Shown here: in pieces, positions 1-15,472 of the stretch
How the letters are laid out: each line of letters opens with the position of its first letter
Position numbering within the stretch: the stretch's first letter is position 1
Assembly: GCA_045837725.1 (NCBI GenBank)
Contig: JBEWZL010000063.1
Coordinates: forward strand, 124,001-188,000
Length of the DNA: 64,000 nt
DNA from: Vermamoeba vermiformis
Taxonomy: Eukaryota
Direction of reading: 5' to 3'
Made by a program: the position numbers and the translations under genes
Notes under the pieces: generated by a model
What the model saw: only the letters and a program-made list of their open reading frames with translations
Databases searched by the model: none
What the model was told of the DNA's origin: nothing

Positions 1-1606
1 AAACGTTGGTCGAGGTACGTGAATAATATTTTTTGTACAATATCTTACGTTGGCTCAATCTAGATTACGAATTTCTGACTAATTTTCCATAAATAGGATC
101 AATTTACAAAATGCTTTGCCAGCCACGACGTAGAAAAGTGGAATTGGAATGCGTATTTATTGCCAGCATATTTATTGGGTGTAGTGTTCAGATACGGTGT
201 TTTGTTCCCCTTAAGGTTCGTACAACTTTTCAAACTCAAATCTGCCTTACTCCCCACAAAAAATTACGCACTCAATAGCCTCGTATTAACATTTATATTA
301 GACTATTTGCCTTGATTTCTGGTTGGATTGCATTTTTGCTTGGCTTCGTGCTTGTCTCCTTTATCTTTGGCGCCAACAAGAAAGCACGTGAGCACTATCA
401 AGTAAGCCTCTACCTCACAAAAATATACTACCAACATTTTTCCTAATATGGTAATATTTGCAGCGTATGTTGATTCGATTCTTGGCCTCAGTATTCGTTC
501 TGTCATGGAGCGGTGTCATCAAAATTCACGGCACTCGTCCGCACCGCCACGCCAATCAAGTCTTTGTGGCCAATCACAGCTCGGTCATCGACGTCGTTGT
601 CTTGTCGCAATACATGAGCTTTGCAGTGGTCGGTCAAAAACACCCCGGCATGATGGGTATGGAACGATCCAACCGTCTCAGATCGCACTAACGAACTCAC
701 TTTTACTAACGAAATTTTATAGGCTTGATTCAAGACCGTGTGTTGGGCTGCTTGGGAGGCATTTGGTTCCAACGTAACGAAGCTAAGGACCGTGAAAAGG
801 TCGCTAGAACGTAAGTGAAATCGCTAGTTGCAATTGAAACTCTCGTGCTAATTAAGTCTTTATTTAGTATTAAGGAACATATTAACAACCCGAACAACAA
901 CCCTTTGTTGATCTTCCCTGAAGGAGTCTGTGTAAATAACGAGTATGTAATTATGTTCAAGAAGGGTGCGTTCGAGTTGGGTGCTACAGTCTACCCCGTT
1001 GCCATCAAGTACAAGTAAGTGCCAATTCGACTAAGCACGCCAAGCACTCCTCTAATGTTTTTTTCTGTTCAGTAAGTTGTTCGTGGATGCGTTCTGGAAC
1101 AGTCGTATTCAAACTATTTGGCAACACTTGTTTAAATTGATGACGAGCTGGGCTGTTGTATGCGACGTCTGGTTCTTGGAGCCTCAAACAAAACAACCTA
1201 ATGAGACTCCTGAACAATTTTCTGAGCGTGTTAAGGTACGTGCCACATCCGCTTTTTTGACCAACTTTTATCTATACAAAATGTTCTATAAGACATCACA
1301 TGCATATAACCACTATTTTGCCGCCGCTTAATAAGCATTTATTAACTTGGTTTGACATTTTTAGTCTATGATTGCACGCAAGGCAGGTTTGGCTAACGTG
1401 CCATGGGACGGTTACTTGAAGTACTTGCGCCCTAACATTCGATTCACCAAGAACAAGCAACACGCCTTCGCGCACGGCTTGAGCAAGGTAAACACGATGC
1501 AAGATATGATCCGTGTAGATCAATTACTAATGTTGCTTTGTAGCGTTGTGCTGGTAGCTTAAAGTTGAGCCGCGAGATCCCAATGGACGACAAGAAAGAT
1601 GTTTAA
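1..1606 (+). CDS. Glycerol-3-phosphate/lysophospholipid acyltransferase (GPAT3/4/9-like), multi-exon, 5' end outside window
   Basis: Exons give FVANHSSVIDVVVL (HxxxxD motif), IFPEGVCVNNEYVIMFKKGAFELG, DAFWNSR and VPWDGYLKY. The last exon ends in TAA at 1604-1606. Confidence 0.9.
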
Positions 1607-1728
1607 TAATTATAAATACGTTGTTGATCTTATATAAATAAATTATTGTTTTAATTTGCTCCGGGTTGGAAGAAAATTGGTCAGGAAATTCGGATCTACA
1701 ACCAATTTTGATCAGAACACCACGCACG

Positions 1729-2141
1729 ATGTCAATGTCAAGGTATATCGGAAAGCTATGTGCTGTATCGTTTGTTTTTGGTGGATTAATGGAGTTTGTA
1801 ATGATCAAGTCTGGCTTCTGTAAGTACTAACGTGCGATCTTGACATCCGTGAAAGCAAAATTAGTGGACAATAATTTTTCCAAAGACAATAATGGTTATA
1901 TCTGACAACTTGCATTAAATTACTGAGTTTTACGGGGTGGTTTCAAATTTTAAAATAATTGAAAATATTAACAAGATCTGTCGCAGATGAACACGCCGTT
2001 AAAGCTACAGCCTCAGCACCGCAAGATGACGAAATGAAACAAAAATGGGAAAATTTTATGGAGCAATTGCGCGTCAAGCACGAGAATCAGCTTAAAGAAC
2101 GAGCCAAACAACAACAACAACAAAAGGATCAGAAGCAATAG
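1729..2141 (+). CDS. Small membrane protein, SMIM4/UQCC5-like (2 exons: 1729-1819, 1987-2141)
   Basis: Spliced product MSMSRYIGKLCAVSFVFGGLMEFVMIKSGFYEHAVK... resembles the SMIM4 motif FxxGxxMExxMIKxxFY. Intron is GTAAGT...CAG. Confidence 0.6.
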
Positions 2142-2317
2142 ATCTGACCGCATGTAATTAATGTAAATAGTGTTATAAATGGTTCAGTTATACATAACGT
2201 CATTAGGTTCAATCCAAGCGTGAAGTCACGCGATCCTCGATCAGATCAAACATTTTGAATATTCACGTTTTATTTTCGATTATTTTTTCATTTATATTCA
2301 AGTTTTTCGCACTAATT

Positions 2318-4268
2318 TTAAATAATGTAATGGACCTTTTGTACGGTGTGATCAACAAAAGTGTCCGGCAACATTTGAGAGACGAACTTGTAGGTCTCGG
2401 GATCCAAGTACTCAGCCAATTCTTCCTTAGTAACCCACAAATAGTCAGCGATGCTGTCGTCCATAATCTTAAGAGAGCCCTTGATATAATATCCATACAT
2501 AAAGAAGACCTAAAAAACATGTCAGATCCGCGTGCCAACCACCGAAACAATCGATCGTATTATAGATAGGTATTCTATATGACAAGCGACAATAAGCGCA
2601 TCATCTAGTAGGTGCCTACCTTAGCCCCATAAGCATTCATTTTCTTTTGAACATCACGAGGGAACTCGTAGCCGTAGACACCTTGAGGGCAGTTTCCAGA
2701 GAAATAGACGTCCAAATCAGAGGAGAACTTTTCGATGAACTGGCGTTGACCAGACTATCATAACAACGGTTAATAAAGCATATTGCACACCAGTAATGGT
2801 CGGAGATATTGAGAGAAGATCAAGAAAGAGAAAATTTGTTCACCGACATGTCGCGTGTACATACCTCACGAATCATTTCACCCTTGACCCAATCGCCTTG
2901 AGGGAATTGCCAAGTGTGTTGATCTCGCTTTCGCTTAACGATCAAGAACAACTTCTTGTCCAATTTGCGGTACAACGACTTGCGATCATTTGCTTTATCA
3001 GCTTCAGTGATTCTGGGACCGAATAATTCAGCGGATTGAGTCTCGTTAGCCTTTCTCAACTCCTCAGCTCTGCTCTCTCTTTCTCGCTTAGCCTTAGCTT
3101 CCTCATCTTCAGTTTCAGTGGCTCCCTTCTTTTCCTTCTTCTTTTTCTTTTCCTGAAGTACAATGACCATGTTAATACCACACTCTTGTTAAGAAATCAA
3201 ATAATCAAGCGATGTTCGGTTTCAATATATCACGTGAAATGGCAGAATTAAGATCTCTTTGCAAGGTGCTCGAAGAATCCTCCGCGAATAAGTTCACTTA
3301 CTTTTTTATCACCGGTGGCAGTGGAAACACCAGAAGCCTTTTTATCTTCGTCTTCTAAGAGTGTCTTAATATCAGGCATTTGTTGTTTGATTGGCGCTTC
3401 CCACCTATAAAGCAATTACGCGTCAATAATTGTACGTGTCACAGCTTTCGAAACTGTCTATTAATATCAAGCTATTTGTAACCGTTGCGATAACATTATA
3501 GCAGGCGCTTAATATTTTAGAGTGGTACATGGTTTGTATTATAATTATCAACTGTAGCTTGTCGCCGTAACGATCATTTGACTGATTTGACTCGTTGTTG
3601 ACACGCTGCTAAATATTCTGTATTATCAATAATGTGCATAACTTACTTTTCTCGCCATTGTCTGTATTTAACCAACCACTCAGGGTCTTCAGGAGCAATA
3701 ATTTCTGGTCTTTCAATAATAGCAGCGGCTGATCGAGATAAATTAATTAATAACTATGCAAAACGATTGTATAACGGCCAAAATAAATCATAAAAATATG
3801 TGGCGATTTGTAGTATTATTTCTTACCTTTAATGACCCAATCTCTTGCAAATCCACTCTGTTTTGCGGTATTATTTTTGTTATTCCATTCATTAATCAAC
3901 GAGGCGAATTGTGCTTTTCTAACACGAAGCGGTGTCCTGTGTGTATTGATATCTGCAATAAATTAGTTCTCTGGACGCACACAAATAATAATTATCCTCG
4001 ATCTAATTTTAAATAATCAAGGAAGCGATAGTAATTGCTGAAAAATGTTTAGCGCGTGTTACCACGAAGCAAAATAATATTATTAAAATTATTTGACGTT
4101 TTCTGCTCGGTTGTAATTACATTCTTCAGGGGATTGAGGAGACAATCCACGTCTGACAGCCTGTGTGTGGAACAAAGAAGCAGCGCCAGTGGAAGCTTGA
4201 ACGCTCCTTAGGGACCTGGAAGTCACAGTAGTAGAAACTGCTTTTACGACTTTTGTGGTTGTTAACAT
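2318..4268 (-). CDS. MRPL46: Mitochondrial ribosomal protein mL46, multi-exon
   Basis: Ser/Thr/Arg-rich targeting peptide (MLTTTKVVKAVSTTVTSRSLR), AAIIERPEII, PRITEADKANDRKSLYRKLDKKLFLIV..WQFP and DYLWVTKEEL. The 3' end is approximate. Confidence 0.85.
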
Positions 4269-4432
4269 GGCGACAGTTGCACGAAAGAGATGCGAAAGAT
4301 CAGTAAACGAAATTGACCCGTGGGTAAGATCTAGTTAAACGACAAAAACGTACAAACATTATTATGAGTAATCAGACATTTATTCGCGCTTCATGAAGCG
4401 CTAAATGTACAAGTAAATCCATCAGAGCAGAT

Positions 4433-5419
<987 letters not shown>

Positions 5420-5553
5420 TTATGGCCAGATCGTCAAACTTTGGTCAACCGCATTGTAATCTTAGGAAACTGATGTAAATTCTGCTGTTCTCTATTTTTA
5501 GAGATTCAGGGAATTATTGATGGACCTTTCCTCGCGTGGCCTTGCGTGCCAGG

Positions 5554-5868
5554 TCATTCCTTTGCCTCTTCTGGATGCTTCGACCACGAATCGGCCGAAC
5601 TCTGCCTTTGAACAGCACTTTCGGGCCTGTAATTGATGTTCGAACCTCCTAATGAACTGCCATTTGGCTTCGATAACGTAAGTTCACGTACTAGCTTGTT
5701 TAGCATTAATTCTTCCATTATTCTCCGCTTTTTTCTTTGATCAGAAAACGTAAATTTTCTTTTATCTTCCGTAAAACTGACCAACCCTTTTCCTTGCCCG
5801 AGACCTTCATACATCGGTACATCTATATTTCTTTCTTTACTTAAAAATAGAGGCGAATTTTTGGGCAC
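5554..5868 (-). CDS. Hypothetical protein
   Basis: 104-codon ORF upstream of polyubiquitin with no recognisable motif. Confidence 0.25.
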   Translation of the reverse strand: MPKNSPLFLSKERNIDVPMYEGLGQGKGLVSFTEDKRKFTFSDQRKKRRIMEELMLNKLVRELTLSKPNGSSLGGSNINYRPESAVQRQSSADSWSKHPEEAKE

Positions 5869-6259
5869 GCGCGTTTTTCGATCTTCGATTCAAAATTCAA
5901 TTCGCACCATATAGCATTTTACGGTCCATAGAGAGTTATACAAATATATTTCAATGAAGGAGATGCTGATTTATATTGCTAAAGTCAATTTGAAGCTAAT
6001 TCAATTTTTCGTGATACTACACGAACTTTCTCGGGTGTGTGAGCTTTGTATGACAACTTTGCGACCCTATAAACGGGATTTTACGTACTATAAATATTAT
6101 CGAGGAGCACTTAACCGGGGATGATTTACGAGCCCACTGCGGACCGCAAGCAAGTTGTGAAGAGTACTTACAATTTATTAATAATTAATTGCATTATACA
6201 AGGTGAGGAAATAAATACATTGGCATAATTCGTATCGTATACATAAATTTAAAATGGTT

Positions 6260-8320
<2,061 letters not shown>

Positions 8321-8743
8321 CTTTGGCGATGCGAGAATTATATTATAATGCTTGTTGCTATTTATATAGAGCTAGTATGGTTTTTAATTTCCTTCAGCGA
8401 ACCATTTTCTTGCCAACCTGCAGATCCTCCGACAAATTCCTTCCCAAAATAAAAAATTGTTGCAGGTCGTTTGGGCTGGTCTTTATTGAACTTTCATTGC
8501 ACACGTAACCCACACATAATGGTACGATCATGATCTTTTATGGAATTTTGTGAAGCTATTTTCAACGTCGAATCTTGCGAAGATGAGCAGATTTAATTAC
8601 CATTCAAACTCGCCTTAAGGGCAATAAAAATCAGCAAATTTAGTAATTAAATATGCAAATTTTATCAGTGATGGATGTAGACGAGGACGATCATCGTGCT
8701 ATTCTTCTTTTATTCCATCCCGAGGACAATATTAATACCTACT

Positions 8744-9892
8744 ATGCAGGCTGACGTTGATCAAATTACCGATCTTAATGCACCGCCAGAGGCCGATAGA
8801 AGAGAGCCTTCACGTTCTCGCTCGCGCTCTCGTTCGAGAGAGAGATCACCACCACCACGTGATCGCTCTCGTTCCAGATCTCGAGACAGACGTGATTTCA
8901 GACGTGATCGCTCGCGTTCAAGATCAAAGGACAGAAGGTAAGGACCCGCAGTCACTCCTCAGCATTTTACTTCCAAAGGATGAAAAGGCATCTGCAAAGA
9001 GTTTTCTCGTCCACACGGGTTTATTATTTTAAAACAAGCGTTAAGTTTGGCCCGCTACTTATACTAATGCGCTAAAATTATATAGAGACCCTCGTGAACT
9101 CGAGAATTCAAAAACAATTTTCTTTGGCAATTTGTCATACAACATCCGCGACAGAGACTTACGTGATTTAATGGAGCGATTTGGTCGCGTTAAATTTGTT
9201 AAAGTTGGTTTCAATCAGTAAGTATTCAACTTTAAACGAGTTGAAGGGCAACCAGTTCGCAAATCTTGCAGATTCTTACTTTTTTGCCTCAGACGCACAG
9301 GACAGAGCAAGGGTTACGCCTTCGTAGAATTTGAACACAGAAGAGACGCTGAAGAGGCTTTTTATAAGTACCAAGACTATCCTCTCGACGGCCGAAGGTT
9401 GCGACTGGATTGGGATTTGGGCTACGACAAGAAGATGCGCGAACGTGGTGGCGAGCGTGGAGATCGAGGTCGTCCTCCTCCACACTACGCCCCTAGAGAT
9501 CACTATGATCGTCCTCACAGAGGTTATGGCGGTCACGGTGGCTACGGTGGTGGCTATTATCCTCCTCATGGGTAAGCAGATCGAGCTTCTTTATCTCTAC
9601 ATTACAAAGTTACACTCTTTTCATATTGCACACTTATATTGGCACTGTGGTCCGTTACTAATATATCACATTTATAGAGGTGACAGAGGTTATGGTGGCG
9701 GTGGTCGATACAGATCTCGATCGCCTCCTCCTCGTCGAAGCCCTCCTCCCCCAGAATGTAAGTAGAAAATGAAAATATCTGGTTTGCATATGAACTAACG
9801 ACGTGTTTGCAGACGGCCGTAAGAGAAGCCGTAGTCCTTCACCTGGACCTGATCGACGACCTGAAAAGCGACAGAGACTCGATCCGCGTTAA
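8744..9892 (+). CDS. SR-type RNA-binding/splicing factor (RS domain, RRM, Gly/RS tail; Tra2-like layout)
   Basis: RSRSRS repeats, RNP2 IFFGNL, RNP1 KGYAFVEF, LDGRRLRLDW. Confidence 0.88.
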
Positions 9893-10646
9893 TTTGTTTT
9901 TCTGTTTAACATTTAACCTAAATTTATATAACCCCTTATCTCTTTAGCGTGGAGAATATATAGAAGTAGATAGTAGATCCCGAGAGGACTAAGGATAAAT
10001 AAATTTACGAACAATTCAATGTTGGATGTTGATGACGATACAGTGGACGACGAAATGCAGCTCTAGAGCCTAGGAGAGGAAAGTAGGTAGATTGGATTGC
10101 CTTTGAAGATGTTTCGATGTTAGTGGAATTTCGATTTTGTCGATGCTCACCGTTGCAGATCAGCGCAAGATTTGCAGTTCACACGCGAGATGATTTGCGA
10201 GATCACAGCCAAACGACGTAATAGGTCTCATTGCCACTTCAATAGCGCAGATGTATTCAATGGTTTGATGCACTAGGCCCGATGATCCCCTTATGAACAT
10301 GGCGATGCGGAAAGCTCAGTTTTTGATTAACCACTAACACAATTGCCGATATTTATCAATTTATCGATAACTGCCGATATTGACTAAGAGTGGCATAGCT
10401 AATCCGTAGTGCTGACGTTCTTCGAGAGCGAAGGTACAATTTTTTCTTGGTCGCCACATCCGGTAAGTACTTTCGTCGTGTAGATTTAAGTAATAAAGCA
10501 CTACCAATTAAAAACAAACATGCTATTTATTTTACCAAGAAGCTGTTATTTATTTTATGTTTCATGATCAAAGGGATCAACACGTCAGCGAGGAATTTTG
10601 CCTTTTTTTTTTGGTCCAAAACTTGACTGCGATGGAACGAAGTAAC

Positions 10647-13600
10647 ATGGGTAACAAGCACTCTTCAGAAGAAGACACTATACAAGGACGGATAAAGCAA
10701 GCGAATGATTTTACAGTCACCATTGATCGTAAGATTAAATTTGCGATCGAGTTAGGAATTCTAATCTGGATTTTCCAGTTGCCCACAACGCCGGATCCGA
10801 TTTCGAAATCGTAGCAATGAAAAAGAAGTTATACGTAGTAAGCGGGACTGGCGAAAAAATAGATTTTACAAGCCAGCTGCCAACGGAAACTTGGTCTTCC
10901 GCAACGTTGGGGTAAGAAGTAGCAATTTTAAATACTCAATTAAATTATTAATATTACATTCTATTTATACTGCAATATTTGGCGGTAATTAAAATAAAAT
11001 TAAATTTCTCATTTGAATTGCAAATTGTTTCTAACCGCGTTTTTAGCTTATCTAGGGACTTTGTTGGAGGCTATTTGATAATAGAATTTTTTATAAAGCG
11101 CCATTATAATATGCCACATGAAGGTAGGTTTGATTAAAGATCTTTGATCCAACTCGACGACAAGCAATCTTATCTTATTCATGTAGCGGCTGGCACGGCA
11201 ACAATTCCATTAGAATTTACGAGCATTCGAAAGAAGACTCATAAAGCAACTTATTCTGTATCTAACCAGCCCAATTCAAACCAAACCACAACCGCCTTTT
11301 ATGGGTTCCATAAGGAGACAAAATTCGATGCTACGTTAAATTTTATTCTCGAATCTGGTAATATTATTTAAACTATATGAACCGTACTAATTCGATTTAG
11401 AATTCAAATTGGATCCCGTTGAGGAGTTAGTAGTTGTTGATGAAGAGTTGGAAGCTGAGGCTCTTCAGCCGTACATGGATACTCATGCATCATATAATAC
11501 GGCCAAATTACAGATGATTAATCAAAAAAAATTCAGTACGTAGCCAACTTTCTTCCGTCAAATTTCCTAGATCCACTGTCTGTCATTTTACTCCATATTT
11601 TTTACTGTCAATACTAAGCTGCCTTAGCGAACTAATTAATGTCTTATTATAGACCAATATGTCGTACTTACAGCACCGGAACTGCCTCACATCCGTGCAA
11701 TTTACTGGTTGGTTCAAGGAGAGCAAAATACTCGTTGTGTCATTGCTGAACAAGTCCATGATAAATATTTCACTTTATGGCATCGAGCTAATACTCCTGA
11801 TACACCTAAAAAAGCTTGGAAGTCATTGCGAAGACTCATCGAATCTCAACAAATCGAAGGTGGACTCGGTCTTACGGAGTCATTTTGGGGCTACAAAGAG
11901 ACCAATGTCACACCTGCAAATATCAATGACATTCCCAAGGACGACGCGCACGTGTCTGACAGACTAATGTTACGAACTTCAAGCGGACGAGGTGTCTTAA
12001 GGTCTTCTGGTACGTCACTCGCAATTTGATACTTTTGCCCGGTCATTAGCTGCTAGAAAATATAACTGACATTCCTTATAGCGGATTATATGGACATTTA
12101 TTATGCAGCAAAGACTGGCAGCATGGAATACTTGCGTAATTACGTCTTTAAAGAAAAAGTTAATGTGAACAAGAAAGACGAACACGGCAATCGTAAGAAG
12201 TTTTGAGCACATAGGACGTAATTACTATCATATTAATGCTATATTAATATACAGTACCTGTTTACTACGCTGCGTTATGTGGTCAGAGTTTGGCGCTAAC
12301 ATTCCTGTTTGATAATGGTGCCGAGGTATGTTAACATCTTTACTGATAATCTTTACCGTTTAATAATAAAAAATTTATTATTTAGCTCGACTTGTCATCT
12401 ATTGAAGGTCAACGAACATGGTTAGCAGCGCACAGTATGAGAATTCGAGATATTTTGCGAGCAAGATCCAAGTACTCAGACATTGGTGGGCATCAAGTAA
12501 TCCTACAAAAAGCCTTTAGAGGTACCGTGGCCGAGATACAGAGCACTTTGAACAGCGGCCAAGTTAATATCAACTTCGTGGGAGCGAACGGACTTCGCGC
12601 CATTGACTACGCGTGCTTAGCTGAGAATGTTCCTGTCATCGAGTTCTTAAAAAAGAACGAGTCATTTGACACGTTGATTTCCGGATTTAGAAGTCTGATT
12701 CATTCCGGCGATCACCACGACATTGTCATTAACATTGGGGTAAGCCGAGATAAAAACATTATTGCAAGTCATATGACCTATGAAGAGGCGATATGGTTTT
12801 GACTTCTTTCGGTTCCTAGGGACAGAGAATCAAAGCCCATCGTATTTTGTTGCTTTCAGCGTGCAGTTTCTTCCCGCAAATCATTGGCGTGTCAAACGAA
12901 GAGTTCAACAAGCCAGTAGCAGTTGGAAACAACACGAACACGAGTGATGGTCAAAAGGGTCCTATTGAAGTTACTGTCACTCAGCCTATTGTTCCATTGG
13001 ACGCATATGCTCTGCGTGCCTTCGTGCATTACTTGTACTACGGTGCCATTGATTGGTTCCCAAATAAGGTAATAATATATATCGCTATGCACGATAGGTT
13101 GTCACTTCTAATACAATTTCCTTTTTTAGAAAGTGTTAGATCAATTAGCCGCACTAGCGAAGAAGTACGAGACCACGGAAGATTTTGAAATTTTGGCAAA
13201 GTATTGCAAAGCCGAGAAAATCACTTTCCCTAAAATAGCCATGCCTGCTCACTTTGGCAAATGTAAGTTTTTCTGAGCATTTGATTTCGAGCTCGTAAAA
13301 TTGACTTTCTGATAGCTCTCTTGCCGTATGTGAATAACTCGGAGTTCCACGACCTTGTGTTCGAGATCCACGGCAAACAGATCTACGCGCACAAAGTCAT
13401 TTTGTCAGCGCGCAGTCAGTATTTTGCAGCCATGTTTGGCAGTGAAATGGTCGAAGCAAAACAATACGTCTTGCCCATCACCGATGATATTTCTGTTGAA
13501 GTTTTCTTATTGGTGGTACGTACTGCTTATCTGAGGCATACTTTCCTTTTAAGGTAATTTCTAACGAAATTTCATGCTCAGCTCGAGTTTATCTACACCG

Positions 13601-13960
13601 ATCAGATATCAGACGCTGCAAATTTGTCTCCAATGTCGTGCTTGGAAATGATTTTATTGGTATGAAATGTAAAATTCTCGGAAAAATTATTTACTAATAG
13701 TATATTTATAGGCGCATAAGTACATGTTAACCGCATTGAAAGCATTTTTGGATGATTTTATTTGCTCCAATTTTGATATTGAGCTCGAAGATGCATTGGA
13801 CTCGTACACTTTTGCCGCTGAATTCAAAGTCGATAGATTCCAAAAGAAGTGCGCGCAATTCATTAAATCAAATATTCGTCTTATTGAACAGTCGCCAAGT
13901 TACAAAGAGCTCTCGAAGGAAGCAACAAAGAAGATCCAGGACGAAATCGTTAACAAATAG
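10647..13960 (+). CDS. Ankyrin-repeat plus two BTB/POZ domain protein, multi-exon
   Basis: Ankyrin-like VNKKDEHG..PVYYAALCG and GLRAIDYAC. BTB segments HHDIVI..KAHRILL and FHDLVFEIHGKQIYAHKVILSARSQYFAAMF. The MGNKHS start could be myristoylated. Confidence 0.8.
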
Positions 13961-14169
13961 CATTGAATCTAGATTTTGTAGTAATAAATTATTATTATTA
14001 CTCTTGCATTGTTTTTTGCATTACAGCTCAAGCATTTACAAACGAAAAACTAAAATGTAATTACCGAAATGTATCGAGGAGGCTGAAGGTACTGTACATA
14101 ATTTTATTTATACATAAGCACGTAGGAGTCAAATGCTTCATCGATATACTTGAGATAAGGCTGAAAGCA

Positions 14170-15234
14170 CTAGCGAGGAAATTTGAATCTGGCAACCACG
14201 TCGATAAATCCCAAAGTAAATGTTTGAATAGCGCTGAACGTCAAATAGAATAGACAACCTCCATATAAGCTACTAATGCCATGTTGCTCGATAGTTATTT
14301 TAGCGTAGTCTAAACCTGACAAATCCAGTCGATCTGCCAACATCAATTCTTGCATGATGGTGTCCAAGAAATACGTGCCAATTAAAGGTACTGAGCCAAA
14401 TAACCACATTAACGTGCCTAATCTGACGCGTCCTGGATAGTTTACGAAGTATTGCGAAATGTAAGAGAAGATCGAGCCTGAAACCAAAGATAGCGCTCCT
14501 TTAGCCAATATGCTTATCATTCCAATACCAAAGCCATTATATAACGATATTATTCTGTCTTTTGACGAGAACGTGTCCGACAAAACGCCAATAGTTGATG
14601 CATCCGGATGCGACGCCATAACTCGCGTAACAATCGTGTCCAAAGGATAAAATAGTCCAAAAAGTAGTAGGTTCATAATGAATTTGCTGGTGGCGCTTTG
14701 TGAGCGATTTTGATTCTTATTTTCATCCGTTTTTTTGGCTTCAGAGATTCGTTTCGAATTGATCCAGTCACCAAGCCACAGCGCAGCTTCAACTTTCAAT
14801 AACATTAATAATGCACCACTATATAATGATGTGAATCCGTTCGAGTGCATAAGCAACGAGGTCCAACCAAGAAAACTCAAGGGCGCGGAAAGTTTACCGT
14901 TGCGGATGTGGTAATTCTAAAATTAAAAATAAGATTAAATTAATGCTTTAATAGTTATCGTTTAATATAAATTCGGTGATAAAATATTATTATACAGCAT
15001 TTATAAAAATTTAAAATTTGATACTCGAGTATATTTTCACAAATCTAGTTTAGAAGAGTATCAATACACCTGCAAACTAAGATAGATAATATTACCTAAT
15101 TTTCTAACAATTACCTGTGTTTGCAGAAGCAGTTTCAAGCGAGTCACTGGCGCTAAAGTAAATCTCTCAACTGCTCGACCTAATTTTGGTCCAAACAATC
15201 GCTCAAAGGGGTTAGTTGATCCTTCTTCTGCCAT
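14170..15234 (-). CDS. Divergent mitochondrial carrier (SLC25) family protein, 2 exons
   Basis: APVTRLKLLLQTQ, YPLDTIVTR, SLYNG and SLYGG repeat motifs with hydrophobic helices. Confidence 0.7.
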
Positions 15235-15472
15235 GAATTTATAGTGTTTATAATATCGCTAATTAACAACTAATAGACCACCCGCAACAAAATCTTAAGC
15301 GAAATTTCCGGCGAAGAAAGCAGGATTTAGATTCCACCAATTGTTTATCGCGAGTCCCCTACTGTCGATTGTGTCTTTTTCCTACTGGACCCGGGATGAG
15401 TTCTCGTGTGCCATAAATAACTTGGCCTAACCGAAAAAAGAAATTGATGCCACTACAAATCAAGACAAGAAG

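Noticed and set aside
10150-10330. Selenoprotein/SECIS or snoRNA (in-frame TGAs, ATGA..AAA..TGAT)
   Set aside because: No recognisable selenoprotein frame and the stem pairing is unconvincing
10440-10470. U1 snRNA-like ACTTACC on the minus strand
   Set aside because: It is simply the complement of a GGTAAGT donor, and no U1 stem-loops or Sm site follow
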